From a virus (lineage: Duplodnaviria > Caudoviricetes): a stretch of 36,426 nucleotides of DNA. The position numbers were made by a program, and so were the translations under genes. Shown in pieces: positions 26,584 through 34,250 of this stretch; the stretch's first letter is position 1; the number at the start of each line of letters is the position of its first letter. The notes beneath the pieces are model-generated. The model worked only from the letters and a program-made list of their open reading frames with translations. It was not told where the DNA came from and made no database searches. The stretch lies in IMG/VR virus record IMGVR_UViG_3300048861_000249, positions 1-36,426 of that record. One strand, given 5' to 3'.

Positions 26584-27075
26584 ATGGCAATCAAACGGAA
26601 GCCGCCGCAGAAAGTTGGTCAACTTGACTTTGCCGAGAGCCTGGCTGAAGCGGCTGATATGTCTGAGGAACGAGTTCCTTTGCCCGGAGACCGCGTCACA
26701 GTGGGAAGCAGCTCGACGGTGTGGACCGTCCTGACCGTCTCTCATAGCGGCAAAGAGGTCGGACTGCACATTCCCAATACCAAGCTCGAGCGATTCCGTG
26801 TTCCCGTCTCTGATCTCAACTTTGTCGACAACCCGAGACCACCCAAGCCCAAAGAACCAGAGAAACCGAAGATCGACGCTGACGAGGTTCGCGAACACCT
26901 CAGCACAGTTCACCACTCGATGATTGAGCACCTGCAGGGCGAGGTAGCAGAGCTGAAGAAGTGGATGCGCAACAAGGGAGTCGCCGCTGGCAAGCCTTTG
27001 GACGAGTTCGCAGATGCGGCCGAGACGAGTTGGAAGGACGCCGTTGAGGCCATCGAGCGGCTGCTGGGGGAGTAG
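26584..27075 (+). CDS. Hypothetical protein with an SH3/KOW-like segment and a helical C-terminus
   Basis: PGDRVTV....VWTV..V...RVPVSDL followed by a Pro/Lys linker. Confidence 0.75.
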   Translation: MAIKRKPPQKVGQLDFAESLAEAADMSEERVPLPGDRVTVGSSSTVWTVLTVSHSGKEVGLHIPNTKLERFRVPVSDLNFVDNPRPPKPKEPEKPKIDADEVREHLSTVHHSMIEHLQGEVAELKKWMRNKGVAAGKPLDEFADAAETSWKDAVEAIERLLGE

Positions 27076-27124
27076 CACCCCGCGTGGTTCAGATCGCATC
27101 CAACCATTGCAGGAGGGTTTGGAT

Positions 27125-27331
27125 ATGCCTGCAGACCCGATGGAGACAGCCAAGCTCTCCCACGCCAGATCGCTTGTCGAGCAGGTGTGGGATGCGGGGA
27201 GCATCTCACAAACCTTCGACATCGAATATGAAGGCGCAGACTGGGAGGTCGCCGTAAGAATCAAGTCGACAGAAGACGGCGACCCTCCCAGTAGCCCAGA
27301 AAAGGACTTTACTGAGGAGCTCCCCGAATAG
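27125..27331 (+). CDS. Small acidic hypothetical protein
   Basis: AGGAGG RBS 8 bp before the ATG at 27125; 68 aa. Confidence 0.6.
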   Translation: MPADPMETAKLSHARSLVEQVWDAGSISQTFDIEYEGADWEVAVRIKSTEDGDPPSSPEKDFTEELPE

Positions 27332-27364
27332 CCGAAAATTAATTTGTAGGCATCTAGGTGCAAC

Positions 27365-27532
27365 ATGACTGCAAAAATCCATGCCGAGGATGTACCTGAA
27401 ACTGACGAAGTACCGAAGGTCGACACGAACTCTGAAGAATATGCAGTCGGATTCGACGCTGGCACGGAAGGAAAGCCCTGCGAAGGCGAGACTCCGGAAT
27501 GGCGACGTGGATGGGCAGACGCGCAGGAATAA
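27365..27532 (+). CDS. 55-aa Rmf/CrpP-like protein (absent from the ORF track)
   Basis: MTAKIHAEDVPETDEVPKVDTNSEEYAVGFDAGTEGKPCEGETPEWRRGWADAQE, containing the G[FY].AG..G and W..GW..A motifs. Confidence 0.6.
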   Translation: MTAKIHAEDVPETDEVPKVDTNSEEYAVGFDAGTEGKPCEGETPEWRRGWADAQE

Positions 27533-27564
27533 GCGGTCGCTCTCCGGAGTGGTAGGCTGTTGGC

Positions 27565-27813
27565 ATGAACAAGCTCTTCGCCATGGTCGTTGCATCTGAA
27601 AAGACCATTACGAAACCGAAATTGCATTTCGCCCCTGTCGCCGTACGTGACGATGGAAAAGTTATTCAAGGAATGGTTGTGGACAGCTATTCCGAACTCA
27701 TTGAAATTTTTCAGAGAGCTGGATTCCCCACTATTCCGAATACTGGTGACAGATTTGATCTCACAGATAAACAGGCGGAAGCTTTCGGGATGGATCTGGC
27801 ACTCCTCAAATAA
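27565..27813 (+). CDS. Hypothetical protein
   Basis: 82 aa; TGgTAGGCT 6 bp before the ATG; ends 3 bp before SRAP. Confidence 0.7.
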   Translation: MNKLFAMVVASEKTITKPKLHFAPVAVRDDGKVIQGMVVDSYSELIEIFQRAGFPTIPNTGDRFDLTDKQAEAFGMDLALLK

Positions 27814-27816
27814 TCC

Positions 27817-28527
27817 ATGTGCGGCCGCTATTACAGAAAATCCGATAAGCAGAAGATTGCCGAATCCTTCCATGTGAAGCACGTCGGTGACTTTCCTCTG
27901 CCGCCAGCCGATTACAACGTTGCGCCTACCACCATGCAACCGGTGATCCGCAATAGCAGGGACGACGGCGCCCGCGAGTTGGTCTCGCTTCGCTGGGGTC
28001 TTGTTCCCTTCTGGACCAAGGATCTGAGCTCTTTCAAGAGCTTCTCCACCATCAACGCCCGCTCTGAGACGATCACCACATCCCGCACCTACAGAGAGCC
28101 GTTCAAAAAAGGACGTCGCTGCCTTATCCCTGCGTCTGGGTTCTACGAGTGGAAGCGCGTCGGCGGCAAGATGGCTCCGAAGAAAGGCCAGGAGAAGAAT
28201 CCCTACGGCTTCGATCTGACCAACGGCCACATGATGGCGTTCGCTGGCTTGTGGGACGCATGGAAGAATCCCGCTGACGGAAGCTGGCTGCAGAGCTACA
28301 CCATCATCACTACCGAGGCGAACGAGCTGATGGCCCCAGTCCACGATCGCATGCCGGTCATCCTGCACGAGAGCGACTTCAACCGTTGGCTTGACCGGGA
28401 GGAAACCCATCAGCCGCCCATCGACCTGCTGCGTCCGTTCCCCGCCGAGGAGATGGAGGCCTTTGAGGTCAGCAAAGACGTTGGCAACGTTCGGAACAAC
28501 TCCGCCGAGCTGCTGAATAGTAAGTGA
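27817..28527 (+). CDS. SOS response-associated peptidase (SRAP; YedK/HMCES family abasic-site protector)
   Basis: MCGRY, YNVAPT, RWGLVP.W, INARSET, RCLIPASGFYEW and HDRMPVIL motifs. Confidence 0.96.
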   Translation: MCGRYYRKSDKQKIAESFHVKHVGDFPLPPADYNVAPTTMQPVIRNSRDDGARELVSLRWGLVPFWTKDLSSFKSFSTINARSETITTSRTYREPFKKGRRCLIPASGFYEWKRVGGKMAPKKGQEKNPYGFDLTNGHMMAFAGLWDAWKNPADGSWLQSYTIITTEANELMAPVHDRMPVILHESDFNRWLDREETHQPPIDLLRPFPAEEMEAFEVSKDVGNVRNNSAELLNSK

Positions 28528-28542
28528 TAGGCTGTTGACCTT

Positions 28543-29145
28543 ATGAATTGGAATGCGCACCCTTACCTTTACCAGGTTCTTCATCCCTGGCATTGGGTTA
28601 CTTATGGTCAGAATGCTGCCGCGGTGGGTTTGATCGGACTTGCTCTTTACACCTACTTCACATATCGACTGTTCCGCCACTCCCAAGATATCGAACGAGC
28701 AAAACTCCTTCCATATTTGGTTCTTCAAAATAGCAATGACCCAAAGACGGCCTTGGACAAGGTCGTCGTACAGAATATTGGCGCTCCGGCTACGAATCTT
28801 GTCTTTTGGAAAACGACAGTCTCTCATAAATTCAAGTTTTCTGAAGAACTCGTCATTGATCCCTACGCTCACCTTTCTTTCGAAGGTTCTATGCTGCGAG
28901 ATGGCACGCGAGAAATTGATGTCAGTGCAGAAAAGCCAGGAGAGCGATATCTGTATGTCTTCGAAATGAGCGATGTGGCGCGAGGATTTCATCAATTTGG
29001 ATTTCTGCGAACAAGGACACTGGATAATCTCGAGATTTCGACTATGGCCCATATGCTCCACACTCAGCTGCGCCGTACTCTCCGAAGTAGCCTCAGGCAG
29101 CGGTTTTACGCGTATCAAGCCAAGAAGTTGATCGCAAGACGGTGA
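28543..29145 (+). CDS. Single-pass membrane hypothetical protein (moron-like)
   Basis: TM AAAVGLIGLALYTYFTY, then R....PYLV and an Ig-like V.NIG..A segment; more AT-rich than its neighbours. Confidence 0.75.
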   Translation: MNWNAHPYLYQVLHPWHWVTYGQNAAAVGLIGLALYTYFTYRLFRHSQDIERAKLLPYLVLQNSNDPKTALDKVVVQNIGAPATNLVFWKTTVSHKFKFSEELVIDPYAHLSFEGSMLRDGTREIDVSAEKPGERYLYVFEMSDVARGFHQFGFLRTRTLDNLEISTMAHMLHTQLRRTLRSSLRQRFYAYQAKKLIARR

Positions 29146-29179
29146 ATATATAACCGTGGAAGTTTGGCTAAACTACGCA

Positions 29180-29598
29180 TCATGCGGCCTTTCGGAGGTT
29201 AGCCTGCAGCTTCCTTGGACTCCTCTTCCGAGCCAGAGCCATTCGCATCCCCTCGCGAAGCACCTCAGCGTTCATCAAGGGCGCCGCTATGCGGACAACA
29301 CCTTCAGGCATCCAGTCCGGCAGCACTTTCATGGAATCGAAGACTCGCGTGTAATCCCCGCGCTCGGACTGAATGGTCTGAATCCACTTGGCCGCCGCAC
29401 TGAAACCAGCATGAGTGTCCTTTCCGCGTTGAGGCATCAGCACCACGAGATCGAACTGCATCCCGCTCAGAGCCTTCTCAGCGTCATCGTTGTCATCGAT
29501 CGTCACCACCCGGTATCCCAGACACCGATGGTGAAGGTCAGGTGCGAAGCGGTTATTTCGTTTGGGCAGACAAGCAGTACATTCTTTTTCTCTCTCAT
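29180..29598 (-). pseudogene. Degenerate stand-alone receiver (CheY-like) domain gene with a 1-nt frameshift
   Basis: MREKKNVLLVCPNE...IGVW, then one G is missing at about 29517-29519 (TGG GAT AC instead of TGG GGA TAC). The other frame continues GYRVVTIDD...FDLVVLM...ARKRSPRK. Confidence 0.72.
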
Positions 29599-29605
29599 CG
29601 TTCCT

Positions 29606-30208
29606 TTACCTCGCTCCTCGGGTATGTTTCCCCCTGAGGACCGCAAAGCGCCTCAGGAACATGGACTCGGCCATATGCCACGGCCAGAATCGGAGTGTTG
29701 GAAGTTCAGGCATGCTGAGGCTGTCAAGGTCTTCGGAACCTCGGCGGGGGATCTCGAAGGCCTGAGCGAGCTCGACGACACAAAGGGCCTGGTCCACGCG
29801 CTTCACACTCGCCGGCATCTCGTCTGCAAGTCCCCACCGCTCCCGCACCTGCGCCTCCACCATCGCCTCGATGCGCTTGTACTCGTGTCCGAGGATGCTG
29901 TGGTTCTTCATGGGCCGGATCAGGTCCCCAAGCCACGCCTCCGCGGCGTCGTGCATCAGGAACTCGAAGGCGTCCTCTGGCGGAACCAGGTAGGATCCAA
30001 TGACGCAATGCTCGGCCACCGAGTAGAAATCCTTCGTGGCGCCATTGAACCGGCACTGTAGTGAGAGATGGTGCGCGACGTCTCGTATGCTCATGTCTTC
30101 CGCTTTCGGGTCCATCGGCCAGAACTGCCGGCCAGAGAACGTCCGCATGTAATGCCCGCGATCGCCGGGCGCCTTTTCGCAGATCATCTGTGCTGAGCTG
30201 TGGTTCAT
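29606..30208 (-). CDS. HD-domain phosphohydrolase (YfdR/YfbR-like deoxynucleotidase)
   Basis: RFNG....YSVAEH, LMHDAAEA.LGD..RP.K and VK..D motifs. Confidence 0.92.
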   Translation of the reverse strand: MNHSSAQMICEKAPGDRGHYMRTFSGRQFWPMDPKAEDMSIRDVAHHLSLQCRFNGATKDFYSVAEHCVIGSYLVPPEDAFEFLMHDAAEAWLGDLIRPMKNHSILGHEYKRIEAMVEAQVRERWGLADEMPASVKRVDQALCVVELAQAFEIPRRGSEDLDSLSMPELPTLRFWPWHMAESMFLRRFAVLRGKHTRGAR

Positions 30209-31374
30209 GCTGCCTCCGTGGCACTGAGCAGGCGAATCTCCGCCACACCTGCTGGTAAGAAACGCGCTATGTCGTACCTGTCGCTAACGTGGTCGAAATC
30301 ATGGGAAGGGATCTGCAGGTAGAGCTCTCCGTTCAGCGCTCCAATCGGCTTGATGGGGCGAATCCACGTGTCGAAGCTCTGCGTGGGGAGTTCACCTTTC
30401 AGCGCCTTGCTCATGCCCTGCCAGATACGCGTTGCAAGTTCCGCATCGGCACCCTCTGGGGCCAGAGGAACTGGCTCCGGCTCTGGCTCGTGAGCCTCCG
30501 GACGGTACATTCCAACGCTCGCCGGGCTTTGCATCTGCCCTTTCCATTTGGAGTCTTCGAACCAGAAGGCGTTCACCGTCTCACCAGCAGCAGCCGCGAG
30601 TTCAGCCCGCCGCTGGATCACCAGCATGGCGCGGTAAGGAGTCATCGCAAGCTGGCCGGCCAGGATCCTGATGGCATCTGCAGCCAGGTGGAGCGTCTTC
30701 GCCGGCGCCGCGATCGCTAAGTGCTCGAACATCCCACGTGCGCACTGGACTGGCTCGAGCTCGGATTCGGACAGCCCTGCACTCGTGGGTGCGGGCTTCA
30801 GGGGTGCAACCGGTACTACCGGGACGGGAGTGTTGCTCAGAGCCTGAGGTTTCAGTTTGGCTGGAAAGGGGGCGGGAGCGTCTTGCGCTCCCCCTGCTTT
30901 TAATCCTGTTCCTGCTCCTGTTCCTGCTCCTGATTCGGCATAGTCTTTCGAAAGGCTTTCAAAAGCCTTCACGAAAGCCTTACTCATACCTTTCACGAAG
31001 GCTTCGCTACCCGCCCAAACAGCTGCTTTTAGCTCACATTCGGGCAATAGTTCGTAGGCTTTCACCCATGCCTTCACAACATTCGGAGACTCGGGGCGGT
31101 TGTACTTCAGGAAGTTCGGCAACCACACCAAACGAGAGGCTTCATCATGCCTTATCAGGTCCTTTGCGGAAACCTCTCGAAAGGCTTTCGAAAGCCTTTC
31201 CGAAGGCCAACCCAAGTCATCCGCCAGCGCAGCGCAGCTGGTACGCATGGCCCCAAGCATCGTCTGATACGGGTGCGTCAGCAGCAGAAGGAAGGTCATC
31301 TTGGCGTCATCAGACAACGCCATGAATTTGGCATCGTTCCAGATGCGCACGTCTATCTTGCGGTAATGGCTCAT
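30205..31374 (-). CDS. Putative replication initiator with a C-terminal DnaA_N-like domain
   Basis: YRKI..RIW.D.KF..LS...K..FL.LLT wHTH-type N-terminus, internal DNA repeats, and C-terminal W......L...L....FDTWIRP......L.L..PS. Confidence 0.8.
   Translation of the reverse strand: MSHYRKIDVRIWNDAKFMALSDDAKMTFLLLLTHPYQTMLGAMRTSCAALADDLGWPSERLSKAFREVSAKDLIRHDEASRLVWLPNFLKYNRPESPNVVKAWVKAYELLPECELKAAVWAGSEAFVKGMSKAFVKAFESLSKDYAESGAGTGAGTGLKAGGAQDAPAPFPAKLKPQALSNTPVPVVPVAPLKPAPTSAGLSESELEPVQCARGMFEHLAIAAPAKTLHLAADAIRILAGQLAMTPYRAMLVIQRRAELAAAAGETVNAFWFEDSKWKGQMQSPASVGMYRPEAHEPEPEPVPLAPEGADAELATRIWQGMSKALKGELPTQSFDTWIRPIKPIGALNGELYLQIPSHDFDHVSDRYDIARFLPAGVAEIRLLSATEAA
30904..31206. repeat. Iteron-like repeats inside the initiator gene (candidate origin)
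   Basis: Clusters of AAGGCTT/AAGCCTT at 30946-31006 and 31168-31206, the perfect 22-bp palindrome GAAAGGCTTTCGAAAGCCTTTC at 31179-31200, and (TCCTGY)n at 30904-30932. Confidence 0.6.
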
Positions 31375-31595
31375 GCCGCTCCCACCATCTTCGTAAACTC
31401 ACGGAGGATCACCCGGGCATCCACAACACCACGCTGCGAATCGTCTTCGCATAGCATCCAGAACCCGTCATGGCCTTGCTTCGTTCCCATCTGGTACGTC
31501 TTGCCATTTCTGCGGCACATAAGGCGATCACCAGCCTTGAACTTTTCTTCCACCTGCGATACAGCCTCAGCGCGGTCCTTGCTTGCTCTGCTCAT
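31371..31595 (-). CDS. Hypothetical protein
   Basis: 74 aa, ATGA-coupled on both sides. Confidence 0.7.
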   Translation of the reverse strand: MSRASKDRAEAVSQVEEKFKAGDRLMCRRNGKTYQMGTKQGHDGFWMLCEDDSQRGVVDARVILREFTKMVGAA

Positions 31596-31924
31596 AGCAC
31601 CACCGCCACGTCATCGATTGACCGCGCCACAATGTAAGTATGCCCAGCCTCTTCCACCTGCGCCTGAAATGACTTCTGCTCTTCGCTCTGACGTCCACCA
31701 GCAGCCTTGCACTCGATCCAGATCACCCGCGGCAACCGTGGCATGCGTGTATTTCCAAAGGCGATGATGTCGGCCATGCCCTTCACTCCGAACCGAACGA
31801 ATCCGCTGGCAAGCTTCACAGCGCCCGTGTTCATCCGAAATGCGAGAACATGCTTGGCGTCGAGGTAGTCCAGGATTGCGGACTGCACATAACCCTCGGG
31901 AGTCTTCTGCGCTGATCTGCTCAT
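31592..31924 (-). CDS. VRR-NUC family nuclease (probable junction resolvase)
   Basis: E..VQ.AI..YL, G.KG.ADI, IECK...GRQSEEQK.F motifs; start revised to the ATG at 31924. Confidence 0.9.
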   Translation of the reverse strand: MSRSAQKTPEGYVQSAILDYLDAKHVLAFRMNTGAVKLASGFVRFGVKGMADIIAFGNTRMPRLPRVIWIECKAAGGRQSEEQKSFQAQVEEAGHTYIVARSIDDVAVVL

Positions 31925-32166
31925 GCCGCCACCTGCCTTGACCTGCGTGGACTCATGGAGACGCGTTCTTGTTTGGCACCCAGACCACACCTCAGCTCGT
32001 GGGAGCTCATGCCTAGGTCGCGCATCATCCGATTTATGGTGTTCCGGTGAACCCCGAGACGCTCTGCAGCCCTCGTCGCCATACCGCGCTCCGCCGCCAG
32101 AGCTCTCAGATATCGCAGGTATTTGTAGTGCTTCACGGCTTCTTTCAAACTGTTATCTCGTTCCAT
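31921..32166 (-). CDS. Fis-type helix-turn-helix protein
   Basis: L..AV......YL.ALA..RG..TRAAERLGVHRNTINR.M. Confidence 0.85.
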   Translation of the reverse strand: MERDNSLKEAVKHYKYLRYLRALAAERGMATRAAERLGVHRNTINRMMRDLGMSSHELRCGLGAKQERVSMSPRRSRQVAA

Positions 32167-32170
32167 TCCT

Positions 32171-32401
32171 CTACCTCTTCAGAGCATTTACTCGCTTGCA
32201 TCCGGCCATATGGGTCGGATTACCGCATCCGCGACTGCATAGATTCGGCTGTAACTCTCTAGCGCATCCTGTGCAGACAATCCACTTACCAACTACCTGC
32301 GTCGCCTTCACTCCATACCGACCTGCCTGAGCACATCGGCAACAGGGGACATGGCCCACTCGGTACATTCGCCGCTCGATAGTTGTCCGCACCTTATTCA
32401 T
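32171..32401 (-). CDS. Small Cys-rich (Zn-finger-like) protein
   Basis: CCRC, CTGC and CSRGCGNP; start revised to 32401. Confidence 0.65.
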   Translation of the reverse strand: MNKVRTTIERRMYRVGHVPCCRCAQAGRYGVKATQVVGKWIVCTGCARELQPNLCSRGCGNPTHMAGCKRVNALKR

Positions 32402-32568
32402 GCCGTCTCTCTCAACCTCGGCAGCTGGTCCCGCTTCACATACACGCGCTCTGCTCTGTACGTACGGCTGTCTGCTGCATGGCAACCTTTGCAAGTTCTC
32501 TGACCGGTCCGGCGTGGATTACCGCAACCTGGCCTACAGCAAACGGATTTCTTATCTCGGTACTTCAT
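32398..32568 (-). CDS. Small Cys-rich (Zn-finger-like) protein
   Basis: CCRPGCGNP...CKGCH; GGAG RBS; start revised to 32568. Confidence 0.65.
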   Translation of the reverse strand: MKYRDKKSVCCRPGCGNPRRTGQRTCKGCHAADSRTYRAERVYVKRDQLPRLRETA

Positions 32569-32571
32569 ATC

Positions 32572-32606
32572 TGCTCCGCGTGGAACAAAACGTTTCACGT
32601 GACACA
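32572..32606. promoter_or_regulatory. Two tandem parS-like sites
   Basis: TGCTCCGCGTGGAACA (32572-32587) and CGTTTCACGTGACACA (32591-32606); each matches TGTT(T/C)CACGTG(A/G)AACA at 14 of 16 positions. Confidence 0.55.
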
Positions 32607-32788
32607 TAGGCTGTGTGGCGATCCCCGCTTAGGCTGCCAGGTACGGCCACGTTGACTGTTGCGGTGGTCTTTGGCTCGAAGGTGTTTCATGCAGGTCCGC
32701 TCTCTACAAACCCTGTCCACGCATCTCGCGTAGCACCATGCCTTCTAACCAAACTCAATCTTTATGCGTGCGGTGTGGCAGCTTTGGG

Positions 32789-33349
32789 TTAGGGCTGGTC
32801 GGCTTTTCCCTTGGGACCGTTATTAGCGGTTGTTCCCTGCCGTTCCTGTTCGGGATGTTCCGCTGCCGCCACACCTACTCTCCGAAGCGATGGAGGCGAC
32901 CCACTCGCTTCGGAGCATCTCTCTCGCACTTGGGAAAAATCTCCGGTGGCCTGCTCAACCACCGGAAGTTCTGTGCGAAACAACCTCTGTGAGCCATCGT
33001 TCTGCTCCTGTCTTTTGCTCGGTACCACTTTCTGGGGGATGTGCTCTCGCCCATGGCATCGCCAGCAGATCCATTCCAAGTTGCCGATGCGGTCATCGCG
33101 CTTCCATCCACCAAGCCCTCGTGTTCCGTTCTTGTGGTGTGCATGCCCCGCATATCTAAGAACCTCTCCCGTTTCCTCGTTCAGCTGATCGTGAAGAGGA
33201 GCGAATCTTTTACATCTGGAACAGCGGCCCTTGGCCAGGTTGAAGACTTCTTCTCTGCGCCTCTGCCACTGGTACTCAGTCCTGCAAATTTCCCTATCGC
33301 CCAGGAGCACTATCCCCGGCCTTCGCGTGTTGCCGGGCTTCGGAAACAT
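32789..33349 (-). CDS. HNH endonuclease
   Basis: CSRC...HAHH...RG.GG..RDD...NL..IC.RCH..EH. Start at 33349 with a TGATG overlap; the 3' extension is of doubtful function. Confidence 0.82.
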   Translation of the reverse strand: MFPKPGNTRRPGIVLLGDREICRTEYQWQRRREEVFNLAKGRCSRCKRFAPLHDQLNEETGEVLRYAGHAHHKNGTRGLGGWKRDDRIGNLEWICWRCHGREHIPQKVVPSKRQEQNDGSQRLFRTELPVVEQATGDFSQVRERCSEASGSPPSLRRVGVAAAEHPEQERQGTTANNGPKGKADQP

Positions 33350-33915
33350 CACGGCCCCGTCACCGCCGCCACCAGCTGTCTCGCTCGGTCCTTCATCCAC
33401 TTCTGTGCGAGGAACTCTGCTCGCGTTTCGCTGGCTGTGCGCTCAGCAATATGGGCGAGCTCATGAGAGACCAGGTGATCGGCGGTGACTCCGTTCCTTT
33501 CGTTGCGGAGCCCTGATCCGCGGAGGATCGTAGTGCGCGTCTCGAAGTAGGTGCTGCCGTAGACGAACTCAGCGTCGTTGACATGCTCAAGCCGCATGGC
33601 AGGCGTCCAGGATGCGTCGTCGCACACCACCAGGAATTGCCAGCTGTCAGGGTGTGGGAAGATCGAGAGCTGCTGACGAAGAGCATCACCAGCTTCCTTG
33701 CACTGGCGCCGAACGGTTGGACTCTGCGGCGTGCTCGAGAAGTAAGTAATGATTGGCTGGGCGTCGATGTAACGGGCGCAGAAGATGCCAATGGCGAGGC
33801 CGACCAAAGCCGAGACCGACCGAACCAGGATTGAGTAACGCTTGCGGCGGAGCGCCCATCCCTTATCGATTCCAACGTTGATGCGTCCGGGAAGATTCGA
33901 GAACTTCGTATTCAT
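33349..33915 (-). CDS. Exported or membrane-anchored HEXXH metallopeptidase-like protein
   Basis: Hydrophobic N-terminal segment; HLVSHELAH...E..AE. Confidence 0.7.
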   Translation of the reverse strand: MNTKFSNLPGRINVGIDKGWALRRKRYSILVRSVSALVGLAIGIFCARYIDAQPIITYFSSTPQSPTVRRQCKEAGDALRQQLSIFPHPDSWQFLVVCDDASWTPAMRLEHVNDAEFVYGSTYFETRTTILRGSGLRNERNGVTADHLVSHELAHIAERTASETRAEFLAQKWMKDRARQLVAAVTGP

Positions 33916-34005
33916 TTACCTGACCTCGAGAAACCAGCAGAAAGTTAGCCAAAGAGCGACCACGACGAGAGTCGCTATCCATTCGCGGAGATCCCGGCGC
34001 TTCAT
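33916..34005 (-). CDS. 29-aa single-TM micro-protein (absent from the ORF track)
   Basis: MKRRDLREWIATLVVVALWLTFCWFLEVR; exactly fills the gap, with an ATGA overlap upstream and TAA-ATG adjacency downstream. Confidence 0.6.
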   Translation of the reverse strand: MKRRDLREWIATLVVVALWLTFCWFLEVR

Positions 34006-34250
34006 CCGAGACCCACCCATATGCTCGCTATGGCGAGGAAGCCCATGCCAACCAGGAAGATGATCATGGCCGTCCCGATCATTCCGGAGAGAGCGAGGAC
34101 CTGGGGGCCAAGAACCTTCGATTCCTTAGCCTCGTATTCATCAGCCAGCTTCTCGCAGGGATGGCAGTACTTGTCGTAGCCCACCAACTTGCCGCATCCG
34201 CCGGTACACTCACGGATATGCGAGATCACCGAGACACTTGCTGTGTTCAC
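34002..34250 (-). CDS. Small Zn-finger plus TM protein
   Basis: GTG start with a GGAGG RBS; CTGGC...CHPC followed by a TM helix. Confidence 0.65.
   Translation of the reverse strand: MNTASVSVISHIRECTGGCGKLVGYDKYCHPCEKLADEYEAKESKVLGPQVLALSGMIGTAMIIFLVGMGFLAIASIWVGLG

Noticed and set aside
25861-29118. 1085-codon minus-strand ORF spanning the whole accessory island
   Set aside because: Probably a shadow ORF. Six of the eight plus-strand genes, including the unambiguous SRAP, are in codon register with it, so stops would need the uncommon sense codons TTA, CTA or TCA. The translation has no recognisable motifs. The length is still striking, and ribosome profiling would settle it.
29156-30061. 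301-aa plus-strand ORF and similar long antisense ORFs (12462-13193, 15541-16320, 17395-18186)
   Set aside because: They lie opposite well-supported genes in GC-rich DNA and show no motifs.
32875-32997. 40-aa ORF with an AGGAG RBS overlapping the HNH 3' end
   Set aside because: Possibly real, but there is no motif support and it could not be separated from the HNH extension.
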